Source: Chthonomonadales bacterium
GTDB lineage: Bacteria; Armatimonadota; Chthonomonadetes; Chthonomonadales; CAJBBX01
Assembly: GCA_049967475.1 (NCBI GenBank)
Contig: JBMFSQ010000015.1
Location: forward strand, 1-64,000
Length of the DNA: 64,000 nt
Reading direction: 5' to 3'
Below are positions 40,425 through 50,800 of this stretch, in pieces; within the stretch, counting starts at the first letter, position 1; the number at the start of each line of letters is the position of its first letter. Below the pieces are notes generated by a model that was given only the letters and a program-made list of their open reading frames with translations, ran no database searches and was not told the DNA's origin. Position numbers and translations under genes: made by a program.

Positions 40425-41858
40425 ATGTGCAACAAACGGTTGGTTGCGGGTTCGGCAGTGGCGTTCCTCGCGCTGCTGCCCGCAGCGTCCCAGGCCCAGT
40501 TCGTAATCGGCGCGAACTTCACTGGGAGCACTAAGGGGATCCAAAGCAACTTCATCCCTCCGGACACCATGGGTGCCATCGGTCCGAACCACTTTGTGGA
40601 GACGCTCAACGGCAGCTTCCGCGTTTATGATCGAACGGGGATCGTGCTCCAAAGCAAGAGCTTGGACAAATTCTGGAAGGATGCCACAGGTACCCAGCCG
40701 AATGTATTCTCGTTTGATCCCCGCATCTTGTACGATGCGTCCACGAACCGGTGGTTTGCCACAGCCCTTGATAATCCCGGCGTATCCAACAACGCCATTC
40801 TGCTGGCCGTGTCGCAAACAGCAGACCCTACCGGCGCCTGGACCGGTTTTCGCATCGATTCGGATCCGACCGTCAAGGGCCATTGGGCCGATTTCGACAC
40901 CCTGGGCATGAACGGGCAGGGCATCTACATTTCCGTGAATGCCTTCAAGACCAGCGCGTCGTCCAACGGGATCACCCTCGTGGCGGTGAACAAGGCCAGC
41001 TTGGTGGGCGGGTCTCTCACCGGCAGTATCTGGTACAACGTTGATCCCAACGACACCGGGTATTCCGTGCAGCCCATCGTGGATACCACGGGCGGGGGAA
41101 CGCCCCAGAACCTCTACTCGGCCTACAATGCTCCCGCCGGCAAGTTCAAGCTTTCCACAATCACCGGCGCCAACGAAGGAAACACGCTGAACACGGCGGG
41201 CGGGCTCATCAATGTAAACGCCTACAACGATCCGCCGCTGGCGGCGCAGAACGGAGGACCCAACACCATCGAGGCCGGGGACACGCGCCTGGGCTCCAAC
41301 CTCGTTCGCGTGGGCGGGAACGTGTGGGGCGTGGAGACGGTGAGCTCCGGCGGGCGGTCCGCCCTGCGATGGTTCCGAATTGACCCCACCACCAACACCA
41401 TTGCAGAGGAAGGGATCATTGGCGACGCGACCCATGATTATTACGAGGGGTCCATCGCAGTGAACGGCGCCGGGGACGTGGTCATCGGGTACACGCGTTC
41501 CGGCGACACGGAGTACGCCAGCAGTTATGCGAGCACGGGCTTTTTCAACGGCGTCACGACGGCCTTCAATGCTCCCATGCTGCTCAAGGCGGGTGTTGCC
41601 AGCTACAGCGTGCTCGACGGAAGCGGCCGGAACCGGTGGGGCGATTATAGCGCCACCATGGTGGATCCGACGAACCCCAGTCATTTCTGGACGATCCAGG
41701 AATGGGCTTCGGGCAGCAATGTGTGGTCCACGCAGATTACGGAGCTGGTGAAGGGCCCCGGCGGAGCCGTGCCGGTATCGGGTTGGCAGACGACGCTCAT
41801 CGGGAGCGGGCTTGCCGGCCTCGCGTGGATGCGGCGGCGCAGGGCTCAAGGCGCCTAG
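40425..41858 (+). CDS. Secreted protein with PEP-CTERM-like sorting signal
   Basis: Signal peptide ending SQA; PPDTMGAIGPNH, FDPRILYD, RWGDYSA motifs; C-terminus VPVSG-TM-MRRRR. Confidence 0.82.
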   Translation: MCNKRLVAGSAVAFLALLPAASQAQFVIGANFTGSTKGIQSNFIPPDTMGAIGPNHFVETLNGSFRVYDRTGIVLQSKSLDKFWKDATGTQPNVFSFDPRILYDASTNRWFATALDNPGVSNNAILLAVSQTADPTGAWTGFRIDSDPTVKGHWADFDTLGMNGQGIYISVNAFKTSASSNGITLVAVNKASLVGGSLTGSIWYNVDPNDTGYSVQPIVDTTGGGTPQNLYSAYNAPAGKFKLSTITGANEGNTLNTAGGLINVNAYNDPPLAAQNGGPNTIEAGDTRLGSNLVRVGGNVWGVETVSSGGRSALRWFRIDPTTNTIAEEGIIGDATHDYYEGSIAVNGAGDVVIGYTRSGDTEYASSYASTGFFNGVTTAFNAPMLLKAGVASYSVLDGSGRNRWGDYSATMVDPTNPSHFWTIQEWASGSNVWSTQITELVKGPGGAVPVSGWQTTLIGSGLAGLAWMRRRRAQGA

Positions 41859-41881
41859 GGGCTTATTGGGCGTCGGCGCAG

Positions 41882-41917
41882 GAGGGGCTTGCCCGCACGG
41901 GCAGGCCCCTCTTTCTT
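41882..41917 (+). terminator. Intrinsic terminator
   Basis: GAGGGGCTTGCCC-GCAC-GGGCAGGCCCCTC then TTTCTT. Confidence 0.75.
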
Positions 41918-42022
41918 AGGTTTGGAGGCAGGCGCAGTCTTCGGTTTGTGGGCGGTAACAGGAGAACCCAGGTAATCTAAAGGAGTGTGCGGGCGCAGCA
42001 GCGCCGGCTGCAAGGAGGCTAG

Positions 42023-43132
42023 ATGATCACCGTCCTTTCCGTGTTTGGGACGCGTCCCGAGGCCATCAAGATGGCCCCCGTGGTTCGGAGGCTTCAACGG
42101 TACCCGGAGGAAATCCGCTCTGTCGTCTGTTCTACAGGCCAGCACCGGGAGATGTTGGATCAAGTGTTGGCCCTGTTCGATATCCGGCCGGATTATGACC
42201 TGAACCTCATGGAGCCGAACCAGAGCCTCTGCAGGCTTACTGCCAACCTATTTTTAGGGTTGGAGCCGGTGCTCGATGTCGTCCGGCCGGATTGGGTGGT
42301 TGCCCAGGGCGACACGACGACGGTGCTGGCGGCATCTCTGGCTGCCTATTATAAGGGGGCCCGCTTCGCCCATGTGGAGGCTGGGTTGAGGACCGGCGAC
42401 AAGCGCCGCCCCTTCCCCGAGGAGATCAATCGCCGCCTTGCCGATGCGGTCAGCGACCTGTATTTCTGCCCCACGGATCGAGCGCGGCGCACGCTGTTGG
42501 CAGAGGGATACCCAGACGCAGCCGTGCTCGTGACCGGCAACACTGTGATAGACGCTCTGCTGGACGTGGCGGCGCGCCCCTATGACTGGGCAAGCGGGCC
42601 TCTGGCCGGCGTCCCTTCTGCGGGCCCATTGGTGTTGGTAACGGCGCATCGGCGCGAAAGCTTCGGAGCGCCCTTCCGGATGCTCTGCGAGGCGATCCGC
42701 GAGCTGGCCGAGCGCTTCCCCGATGTGCACTTTGTGTATCCCGTGCATCTGAACCCCAATGTCCGGAGCCCCGTCGAGGAGATCCTCTCGGCGCGGAAGA
42801 ATATCCATCTGCTTGAGCCGCTGGACTACCTTTCGCTGGTTCACCTTATGAAGCGGAGCACGCTCATCCTTACGGACTCCGGCGGGATCCAAGAAGAGGC
42901 TCCTGGGCTGGGGGTGCCGGTGCTCGTGATGCGCGACACTACCGAAAGGCCCGAGGGTGTAGAAGCCGGGGTCGTGAAGCTCGTGGGTACCGACCGGGCT
43001 TTGATCGTGGAAGAGGCGTCGCGTCTTCTGACCGATGCCGATGCGCGCGCCGCCATGGCTTCCGGAGTGAACCCCTATGGAGACGGGCGTGCGGCGGAAC
43101 GCATCGTAGATGCCCTTCTCGCCCGTTCGTAG
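42023..43132 (+). CDS. wecB: UDP-N-acetylglucosamine 2-epimerase (non-hydrolysing)
   Basis: FGTRPEAIKMAP, QGDTTT, HVEAGLR, TDSGGIQEEAP, NPYGDG. Confidence 0.96.
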   Translation: MITVLSVFGTRPEAIKMAPVVRRLQRYPEEIRSVVCSTGQHREMLDQVLALFDIRPDYDLNLMEPNQSLCRLTANLFLGLEPVLDVVRPDWVVAQGDTTTVLAASLAAYYKGARFAHVEAGLRTGDKRRPFPEEINRRLADAVSDLYFCPTDRARRTLLAEGYPDAAVLVTGNTVIDALLDVAARPYDWASGPLAGVPSAGPLVLVTAHRRESFGAPFRMLCEAIRELAERFPDVHFVYPVHLNPNVRSPVEEILSARKNIHLLEPLDYLSLVHLMKRSTLILTDSGGIQEEAPGLGVPVLVMRDTTERPEGVEAGVVKLVGTDRALIVEEASRLLTDADARAAMASGVNPYGDGRAAERIVDALLARS

Positions 43133-43157
43133 CAGGCCGGCGATTGGGAGGATGGGG

Positions 43158-44309
43158 ATGCATCCTTGGCAGATGACGCATCGCAGCGCTTCCCTAGAGC
43201 CGTTTCTTGTGATGGAGATCCTGGAGCGGGCTCAAGAACTGGAGCGGGCGGGGCGTTCGATCCTGCATCTGGAGGTTGGAGAGCCCGACTTCCCCACGCC
43301 GCCCGTCGTCGCCCAGGCAGCTCAGGCTGCGGTGGCCGCTGGAGACACGCACTACACCCATTCCATGGGGCTTGTAGAACTGCGGGAGGCCGTATCCGAG
43401 CGGTATCGCCGCATCTACGGCGTCGAGGTGGGGCCCGAGCGCATCCTGATTACCGCGGGTTCCTCCCTGGCGCTCTTTTACGCATGTGCCGCTCTGATTG
43501 AGCCTGGGGACGAGGTCCTTTTTGCAACTCCGCATTATCCGTGCTATCCCAACTTCATCCGCTTCTTCGGCGGTCGTCCTATGGAAGTTCCCACGGATGC
43601 CTCGGACGGCTACCGTGTGGACGCGGCAGAAGTGCGCCGGCGCATCACACCGCGTACTCGAGCCATATTGGTGAACTCACCTGCGAACCCCACCGGAGCC
43701 GTGCTGGATGGAGAGCGCATGCGCGCGTTGGCGGATCTCGGCGTACCGTTGATCTCGGATGAAATCTACCATGGTCTCACGTATGAGGAGGAAGCCCGAA
43801 CCGTGCTCGAGTTCACCAACCGGGCCTACGTGGCGGACGGCTTCAGCAAGCGGTATGCCATGACGGGCTGGCGGCTTGGCTGGCTGGTGGTTCCACCTGG
43901 TGAGATGCGTGTCTTTCAGACGATGCAGCAGAGCTTCTTGATTTCGGCCAGCCCGATTGCACAGCGTGCCGGCATAGCGGCTCTTTGCGGCGGGGACGCG
44001 GCGGTGGAAGAGATGCGGCAGGAGTATTCCAGGCGCCGCGGGGTGATGGCGAACCTTTTCTCAGAGATTGGTTTTGAGATCCCGGTGCTTCCGGGAGGGG
44101 CATTCTACATATTCGCCGGGATCCGCCGCTTTGCCGAGGACAGTTACGCCTTCGCCTTCGACTTGCTGGAGCGCGCCGGTGTAGGAGTGGCGCCGGGCGT
44201 AGATTTCGGCGAAGCCGGCCGCCAGGCGGTGCGCCTCTCCTATGCGGCCGGGGAGGACGTGATCCGACGGGCGGCAGAGCGCGTGCACGGTTTCCTCAAC
44301 CGCCGGTAG
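43158..44309 (+). CDS. PLP-dependent class I/II aminotransferase
   Basis: VGEPDFPTP, NSPANPTG, SDEIY, GFSKRYAMTGWRLG. Confidence 0.93.
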   Translation: MHPWQMTHRSASLEPFLVMEILERAQELERAGRSILHLEVGEPDFPTPPVVAQAAQAAVAAGDTHYTHSMGLVELREAVSERYRRIYGVEVGPERILITAGSSLALFYACAALIEPGDEVLFATPHYPCYPNFIRFFGGRPMEVPTDASDGYRVDAAEVRRRITPRTRAILVNSPANPTGAVLDGERMRALADLGVPLISDEIYHGLTYEEEARTVLEFTNRAYVADGFSKRYAMTGWRLGWLVVPPGEMRVFQTMQQSFLISASPIAQRAGIAALCGGDAAVEEMRQEYSRRRGVMANLFSEIGFEIPVLPGGAFYIFAGIRRFAEDSYAFAFDLLERAGVGVAPGVDFGEAGRQAVRLSYAAGEDVIRRAAERVHGFLNRR

Positions 44310-44329
44310 AACGGCACGAGGGTAGGTGC

Positions 44330-45373
44330 CTAACGGCCCGCTACACGGGTACGCAGGGCCGGGGATTGGAGCACTTCTGCGTTCAATAATCCCGGGGGGA
44401 CGCGCCCCTGCATGGCTGCCAGCACATTCTCCACAGAGCGGCGTCCCATGGCGGCGGCCGCTTCTGCTGCATTGAATGCGTTGTGGGGCGAGAGGATTAC
44501 GTTGGGGGCCTGGCGCAGGGGATGGTCGGGCGGAAGCGGCTCGTGCTCGAATACGTCCAAGGCGGCGCCCGCGATCTGCCCGGCATGGAGTGCAGCAACG
44601 AGGGCTTCTTCGTCCACCAAGGAACCGCGGGCCGTATTGATAAGGAACGCCGTGGGCTTCATCTGGGCCAGGCGGTCCGCATTGATGATGTGGCGCGTTT
44701 CTGAGGTGGCCGGGGCGCAGAGGGCTACAAAGTCGCTTTCTGCGAGGAGGCGATGCAAGGAGGTAAGTTCCATGGAGGGGGCGTCCTTCGGTGGTTCCGA
44801 GAGCGCAGGGTCGTAGCCCAGGATGCGCATTTGGAAGCCGGCGGCGCGGTGGGCCACGGCCTTGCCGATGTTGCCGACACCGATGATGCCGATGGTCTTG
44901 CCGGTCACCAGGACCCCGGACGCTCCTCCCCAGCCTCCTGAGCGCATCTTCTGGTGCAATTCCGGGATGTGGCGGGCCAGAGCGATGGCGAGGCCCAGCG
45001 TATAGTCTGCCACGGCGTCGGACACAGCGCCCGGCGTGGTCGCAACCATCACGCCTGCCTCTGTGGCCGCTTGCACATCCACGGCGTCGTATCCCACGCC
45101 GCAGCGGGCAACCAGCTTGAGCCCCGGGCATGCGGCGAATACGCGGGCGGTGTAGGGTTCGATGGACGCGATCACGGCATCGCATCCGTCAAGGGCGGCG
45201 ATGAGCGTATCCTCATCTATCGGGCCTGTGCGAGGTCCGTCGCGAAGGGTGCATCCAGCCTCCTCGAGGGATAACAGGGCATCTCTTCCCGTGGTCCAGA
45301 GGGCGCGAGCAGTGAGAAGAATGGTCCACGGGATAGGTGTTTGCTTCCTGGGGGTGGGGGCTTCATCCGTCAT
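44330..45373 (-). CDS. D-isomer-specific 2-hydroxyacid dehydrogenase (phosphoglycerate dehydrogenase-like, no ACT domain)
   Basis: GVGYDAVD, GIIGVGNIG, LINTARG, LDVFEHEP, SPH. Confidence 0.9.
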   Translation of the reverse strand: MTDEAPTPRKQTPIPWTILLTARALWTTGRDALLSLEEAGCTLRDGPRTGPIDEDTLIAALDGCDAVIASIEPYTARVFAACPGLKLVARCGVGYDAVDVQAATEAGVMVATTPGAVSDAVADYTLGLAIALARHIPELHQKMRSGGWGGASGVLVTGKTIGIIGVGNIGKAVAHRAAGFQMRILGYDPALSEPPKDAPSMELTSLHRLLAESDFVALCAPATSETRHIINADRLAQMKPTAFLINTARGSLVDEEALVAALHAGQIAGAALDVFEHEPLPPDHPLRQAPNVILSPHNAFNAAEAAAAMGRRSVENVLAAMQGRVPPGLLNAEVLQSPALRTRVAGR

Positions 45374-45376
45374 GCA

Positions 45377-46930
45377 TCAGAACCTTTCGGAGATGGATTT
45401 CGCCTGGGTGAAGAGGAGCAGGTAATCGCGGCCTCCTGCTTTGCTGTCTGTGCCGCTCATGTTGAAGCCGCCGAAGGGTTGAACATCCACGAGGGCGCCC
45501 GTGATCTTGCGATTGAGATAGAGATTGCCAACGTGGAATTCGTGGCGCGCCTGTTCCAGGTGGGGCCGGTTGCGGGAATAGACGCCGCCGGTGAGGCCGT
45601 ACTCAGTGCCATTGGCGATATCTAGGGCTTCGCTGAAGGATCTGGCACGGATTACTGCAAGCACGGGGCCGAAGATCTCTTCTTGCGCGATGCGGGCGGC
45701 GGGGGCCACATCGGCAAAGATGGTAGGAGCCACAAAGAAGCCGTCCCCGGTGTTTTGTGGAGGGCCGCCGCCGAGGATCAGCCGGCCTTCTGTTCTTCCC
45801 ACGTTGATGTACTGCAAGATGGATGCGTGGGCGCTACGGTCTATGACGGCTCCCATGAAGACGGAGGGATCCACCGGGTCACCCACGGTGATGGCTTCGG
45901 CGCGTTTGACTACGCGGCCGAGGATGGCTTCGTAGATTTCATCGAGGGCGATGAGGCGTGAGCAGGCGGAGCACTTCTGGCCTTGGAAGCCGAACGCCGA
46001 GAGAACGATGCCTTCGGCGGCGGCGTCCAGATCGGCGTCTGCGTCTACGATGATGGCGTTCTTTCCGCCCATTTCGAGGATGGCGCGCTTGATCCAGTTT
46101 TGGCCTGGGGCCCGGCGCGCGATGCGTTCGTTGATGTGCAGTCCCACGTCTTTGGAACCGGTGAAGGCGACGAAGCGCACCAGAGGATGTCCTGTGAGGA
46201 CTTCTCCTGCGTCGCTTCCGGAACAGGGCAGGTAGTTTAGGACGCCGGGGGGCACGGATGCCTCTTCCAGGAGTTCGAAGAGTTTGGCCGCGATTACGGA
46301 GGCCTGGCCTGCGGGCTTCATCACCACAGTATTACCGGCTACGAGGGCGGCTGTGGTCATGCCCGTGAGGATGGCCAGCGGGAAGTTCCATGGCGCGATG
46401 ACGCTCCCGGCGCCCAGCGGCAGATACCGCACTTCATTCTCTTCGCCGGGGTACGGCGTAGTTGGGTGCGGGAGGCCCAGCTCCATCATTTGGCGGGCGT
46501 AGAACTCCATGAAATCTATCGCTTCGCAGGCATCGGCGTAGGCTTCCGGCCAGGATTTGCTGACCTCGTAGACCATCCATGCGGCGAATTCGTAGATGCG
46601 GCGCCGAAGAAGGGCAGCGGCTTTGAGGAGGATGCGCGCCCGTACTTCGGGCTCCGTACGACGCCACGAAGAGTACGCTTCATGGGCTGTGCGGATGGCT
46701 CGATCGGCAAGGTCCGGCGTCGCGCGCGCAACGGACCCTATGAGCTGATCGGGGTGGGCCGGATTGTGCGAAAGGATGCGCTCGGGGGTTTGGATGCGCT
46801 CGCCGCCGATCACCAGGGGATACTCCGCACCCAAACGGCTGCGCACATAGTCCAGAGCGGCGAGCATCCTTTGCCGCGGCTCTTCACGTGAGAAGTCTAC
46901 GGGCGGTTCGTTGGCGAACGGAGTGAGCAT
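45377..46930 (-). CDS. pruA: 1-pyrroline-5-carboxylate (glutamate semialdehyde) dehydrogenase
   Basis: PWNFPLAI, FTGS, EMGGKN, FGFQGQKCSACSR, QPFGGFNMSGTDSKAGG. Confidence 0.94.
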   Translation of the reverse strand: MLTPFANEPPVDFSREEPRQRMLAALDYVRSRLGAEYPLVIGGERIQTPERILSHNPAHPDQLIGSVARATPDLADRAIRTAHEAYSSWRRTEPEVRARILLKAAALLRRRIYEFAAWMVYEVSKSWPEAYADACEAIDFMEFYARQMMELGLPHPTTPYPGEENEVRYLPLGAGSVIAPWNFPLAILTGMTTAALVAGNTVVMKPAGQASVIAAKLFELLEEASVPPGVLNYLPCSGSDAGEVLTGHPLVRFVAFTGSKDVGLHINERIARRAPGQNWIKRAILEMGGKNAIIVDADADLDAAAEGIVLSAFGFQGQKCSACSRLIALDEIYEAILGRVVKRAEAITVGDPVDPSVFMGAVIDRSAHASILQYINVGRTEGRLILGGGPPQNTGDGFFVAPTIFADVAPAARIAQEEIFGPVLAVIRARSFSEALDIANGTEYGLTGGVYSRNRPHLEQARHEFHVGNLYLNRKITGALVDVQPFGGFNMSGTDSKAGGRDYLLLFTQAKSISERF

Positions 46931-47033
46931 GGCTGCAGTTCTCCCTCGGGCGTTGTGTGGTGCCTGGGACGGGGCGTTGCGTGTCCCCCTCTGTGGGCCA
47001 TTATACCCGTGTAGATCGCATCCATCCGAGCGG

Positions 47034-48824
47034 TCAGTTCTGCGGCTGATCCTGCAGCCACTTGGCCCAGAGCGTGTCCCGGGCGAGGGCTAGATTGGCA
47101 TAGGCAGACAAGTACGAGAGGGGATCCGGCACATAGATGGCGATACCGTGGGAGTTGCCGTTGATGGTTCCGTGCTGCTCCGTGAGAACCGCCTGCTGGA
47201 TTGCAGCCTGCACCCCGGAAGCTGCCTGCTGCAGATCGGCTGCTGCCGTGTTGGCTTTGATGATGTTGGCGTAATCCCACAGGTCCTTATTCTCGGGGTA
47301 GGCGTAATTCTGTGCGGTATTGCGGGCGAGGACCTCGGCAGCGCGGCTGTCGCCGATGTGGGCGTCCAAGCTCGCGGCGAAGGTATTCAGGCGCTGGGCA
47401 AGTGTGGGCAGCTTGCTCGTGTCCACGACGGATTGAGTGATATTGGAGTTGGTTCCGTAGGATTGGAGGGTGTCTATGGCGATGCGGGCCCCGAAATCCG
47501 CCGGGCTCATGGAGGGGTTGGCTGCCAGATCGGCAAGGAACGTGTTGTAGGGATAGCCTTCACCCGGCGGGCTTTCTTCCGACCCTACGACGAGCGGGGT
47601 AACGTTGCGGATTTCGTAGGCCACCTCCATCATTTGCATGAGGGAGGCATCGAAGATGACCATGTCCAGTTTGGGCGTTACATTGAGGGCCATGGGAAGT
47701 TCCCATGTTTCGATTTCGTTGTTGGTAGAGTCGTCAATGGACACGGAGCGTGGGAAGGGGATGGCGCGGCGGTCTGGAGCGCTTCGAGTGGGGCGCCAGC
47801 CTGCGCCGTGGTTCCAGATGACCAGGGCGTAATGGTCGGCAGGGTAACGCTGCTGGGCCCAAGTGATGAAGGAATTGAGGGTGTGCCAATCACCCATATC
47901 TACGCCGGAGCCTAGGTTCTGCACCAGTTGGGAGTTCACGGTGCCGGTGTCCGTGTCATGGGTGATGTAGTAACGCCGGGTGCCTACCCAATCGGGTGTG
48001 CCGCATGTAGCGCACGCGGCCTGCTTCCACTGCACCACGATATTCACATTCCCGGTTGAACCCACCTGCTCCATCTGGTTGACATTGAGTGGACCGAACT
48101 CCTGAAGGTTGTTGGCTGCGTTGAGATAGACCATGAAGGTCCACTTCGCCCGCTGTGCCTGATTGAGGGTAATGGTACGGTTGACGGCTGTGCCGTTGAG
48201 GGTATTGAGCTGGAGCGTTCCGGTACCGTTGTTCACCGTGAGCTGGCCACTGATGCGGCCATCGGCGCTGCTGACGGTTCCCGTAGGCGACACCTGGATG
48301 AGACCGCCTCCCGACACGCTTCCTACAATCCCGTAGAGTGTACCGCTACCGAGCGGATCTACCGTGAGGAGGAGCGTGGTAGCTCCGGTGATATCCAGGA
48401 AGGTGCCGGCGAGGTTGGCTGTAGTCGCCCTTGCGGCCGATAGTATCGCGGTGAACGGGATGGTAGCGGTTCCTGTGCGGACCGTACCCGTTACAGTAGA
48501 GCCGTCGGGCGCCTCGGTAGCAGTGAACTGCACTGTGCCGTCTGAATTTTGGGAATAGAGCTTACCGTCGGTAGTCTCGGTGCCTTGTGCAGCAGTGCCG
48601 GCCGGCAATGCAACGGGATCCTGGGCAAAGATGGTGTATCGGCCGAGGGGGTCTACCGTCAGGGCGACGACTTGGCTGTTGGAGGTGAAAAGGAAGGAGC
48701 GACCGAAGGGCACCGGGCCGGAAGAAGCGCCACCCGATCCGCCTCCGCAGCCGATGAGGGCAGGTAGGAGCAGAGCGGCAATCCAGGCGATGGCGGCGGA
48801 AGGACGAGGTCGGACGGGCACCAT
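47034..48824 (-). CDS. Clostripain (C11)-family lipoprotein with Ser at the catalytic Cys position
   Basis: Lipobox LIGC; KWTFMVYLNAANNL, WNHGAGW, FDASLMQMMEVAYE, SEESPPG. Confidence 0.85.
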   Translation of the reverse strand: MVPVRPRPSAAIAWIAALLLPALIGCGGGSGGASSGPVPFGRSFLFTSNSQVVALTVDPLGRYTIFAQDPVALPAGTAAQGTETTDGKLYSQNSDGTVQFTATEAPDGSTVTGTVRTGTATIPFTAILSAARATTANLAGTFLDITGATTLLLTVDPLGSGTLYGIVGSVSGGGLIQVSPTGTVSSADGRISGQLTVNNGTGTLQLNTLNGTAVNRTITLNQAQRAKWTFMVYLNAANNLQEFGPLNVNQMEQVGSTGNVNIVVQWKQAACATCGTPDWVGTRRYYITHDTDTGTVNSQLVQNLGSGVDMGDWHTLNSFITWAQQRYPADHYALVIWNHGAGWRPTRSAPDRRAIPFPRSVSIDDSTNNEIETWELPMALNVTPKLDMVIFDASLMQMMEVAYEIRNVTPLVVGSEESPPGEGYPYNTFLADLAANPSMSPADFGARIAIDTLQSYGTNSNITQSVVDTSKLPTLAQRLNTFAASLDAHIGDSRAAEVLARNTAQNYAYPENKDLWDYANIIKANTAAADLQQAASGVQAAIQQAVLTEQHGTINGNSHGIAIYVPDPLSYLSAYANLALARDTLWAKWLQDQPQN

Positions 48825-49016
48825 GGGGCGTGTATCTCCTATCGTTTGCGCCGGAAGGCTCCGGCGGCGTATCTCCACCTGTAACGGACGAAGCTGCGGC
48901 AAACGCGTGACGGCGGGGTTCGCGTTGGCTGGGGTCGCGGCTGCCGATCAATACGTTTACCGGCAAAAGGGGCGGCAGCGTTCCCGAGGCCAACCCTTTG
49001 CTGCGGCGGATCTTGT

Positions 49017-50171
49017 TTACTTGGAAGGCGTGGAGCTTGCGCCATCTTTGGACGACGGCGGAGCACTCGGCGCCGCATGCATGGGGTGCAGCCGCACGAG
49101 GACGCGGATCGTCGGAGAGGCGCCGCCGCTCCCGCCGAAGGACCTGCCGGCGCCTTTGTTCTCAGGGGCAAACCGGTTCTGGAGTTGTAACAGCCCCTTT
49201 GCAAGCTCTTGCCGCAGCGCGTCGAAGCGGTTCGCCGGTATGAGTACCGCTACGATGCGCACCTCCGCCTCTTTGCCGGGGGATCCGGATGCATTGCCTT
49301 CCATTCTTGTTCTGACCGCTCGTCCCGGAGGGATCCCATCAGATTGCTGGGGAAGGGGCGGGGCCGTGTCGAGGTGCGCTCCCAAAGAATGGGCGATGCG
49401 CCGCACGGCATCTTCTGCGGCAGGAAGGTCGGCAACCGTAAAATCTAGGGCGGGCGAAGCTTCCGGAGCTCCTCCAGGTGCGGTTGGTTCCGCAATGGAG
49501 GCAGGGGCGGCGGCCTTCATCATTCGGAGAGCCTGCGGGCCGGCGGTATACGCGCCACCCATTCCTTCAGCCAAGCGTTCTTCGGGGTGTTCTGTAGGAG
49601 GCTGGGGAAGGGCGGCTACCATCACAGGCTGCTCGGGCGGCAGCGGGCGATGCGATCGCGAAGGTGCGACCACAGGTGGAGGCGCAGCGCCGGCGACAGG
49701 AGGCTGCGGCCGAGATTGGGTTGCATGGGCTGCCTCTGCCATCCTCGTCTTTGCAAGCGGCGCTTCCTTAGAGAAGTGCTCGCTCGCGTACCGATTGCCT
49801 GCTGCGGAAGGGCCGGCTGCCTTGGTGACGGCTTGGGTGGGCAGCTCTGGGTGGCGCCATACCACCCATACAGCGATCACTGCACAGAGGCCGGCTCCGG
49901 CAACGGCGGGCACGGCATAGCGGCGCGGGAAGGATCGCTGAAGTCTTGGTGCCGGCGGAGGCAGAGCATCGAGGATCCTGCTGCGCAAGCCCGGCGGAGG
50001 CGTCGCTCGGTCCGCCTCGCCAAGCGCTCTGGTGATGGAACGAAGCTCGGCTATTCGCGTTCGGCATGCGTTGCAGTGTGCGACGTGTTTGCGGATGCGC
50101 CAGGCCAGCAAGCGGTTGAGCTCGCCATCCATAAAGGCTTTCAAGTTGGGTTGGGCCTGGCTGCACCGCAT
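49017..50171 (-). CDS. Zinc-finger (ZAS/zf-HC2) transmembrane anti-sigma factor
   Basis: HVAHCNAC (HxxxCxxC), one TM, coupled to the ECF sigma. Confidence 0.8.
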   Translation of the reverse strand: MRCSQAQPNLKAFMDGELNRLLAWRIRKHVAHCNACRTRIAELRSITRALGEADRATPPPGLRSRILDALPPPAPRLQRSFPRRYAVPAVAGAGLCAVIAVWVVWRHPELPTQAVTKAAGPSAAGNRYASEHFSKEAPLAKTRMAEAAHATQSRPQPPVAGAAPPPVVAPSRSHRPLPPEQPVMVAALPQPPTEHPEERLAEGMGGAYTAGPQALRMMKAAAPASIAEPTAPGGAPEASPALDFTVADLPAAEDAVRRIAHSLGAHLDTAPPLPQQSDGIPPGRAVRTRMEGNASGSPGKEAEVRIVAVLIPANRFDALRQELAKGLLQLQNRFAPENKGAGRSFGGSGGASPTIRVLVRLHPMHAAPSAPPSSKDGASSTPSK

Positions 50172-50794
50172 CACAAGGTCTCCTTGCCGGGGAGGTCTTT
50201 CAGAAGTTCCCTCAGGCGCGCGAATGCGTTGGAGAGGCGTGATTTCACCGTACCCACGGGGATGCCCAGAACGGCAGCGCACTCCCCATAGGTGAGCCCG
50301 TGGAGTTCGTGGAGGATTACCACATCTCGATGAAGGGGGTCCAATTGATCCAAAGCGCGTTCCACATCGCCGGCAAGGCATTGAAGGGAAGCAGCCTCCA
50401 GCGGATCCGCAGTACGAGCGGTATCGGGTATTTGCAGCCGGTCATGGAGCGGCAGGTTCTCCGGCCGTCTCTTTCTGGCGTACTGCAGGCAATGATTGAG
50501 GGCGATGCGGTAGATCCAGGTTCCGAGGCTCGATGCGCCTCTAAAGCTGGGGATCGCCTGGTACACAGCCACGAAGACCTCCTGCGTCAGATCCTCGGCA
50601 TCTTGCGGGGTTTCGGCATAGCGCAGGGCCAGGCGGTAGATGCGGGCTTCATACCGCTCCATAAGTTGTGCGAAGACCGTTTGATCTCCGCGGCGCAACT
50701 GTTGCAGGATCCTCTGCTCATCGTACACGGCCGACGCATCCTCGCCTCGCGGCCCAGCGTCGCCTCCTATACGATTGGTTGCGCTGGGGCGCAC
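50171..50794 (-). CDS. ECF RNA polymerase sigma factor
   Basis: DAEDLTQEVF, TWIYRIALN, GIPVGTVKSRL; start uncertain. Confidence 0.93.
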   Translation of the reverse strand: MRPSATNRIGGDAGPRGEDASAVYDEQRILQQLRRGDQTVFAQLMERYEARIYRLALRYAETPQDAEDLTQEVFVAVYQAIPSFRGASSLGTWIYRIALNHCLQYARKRRPENLPLHDRLQIPDTARTADPLEAASLQCLAGDVERALDQLDPLHRDVVILHELHGLTYGECAAVLGIPVGTVKSRLSNAFARLRELLKDLPGKETL

Positions 50795-50800
50795 GAGGGT

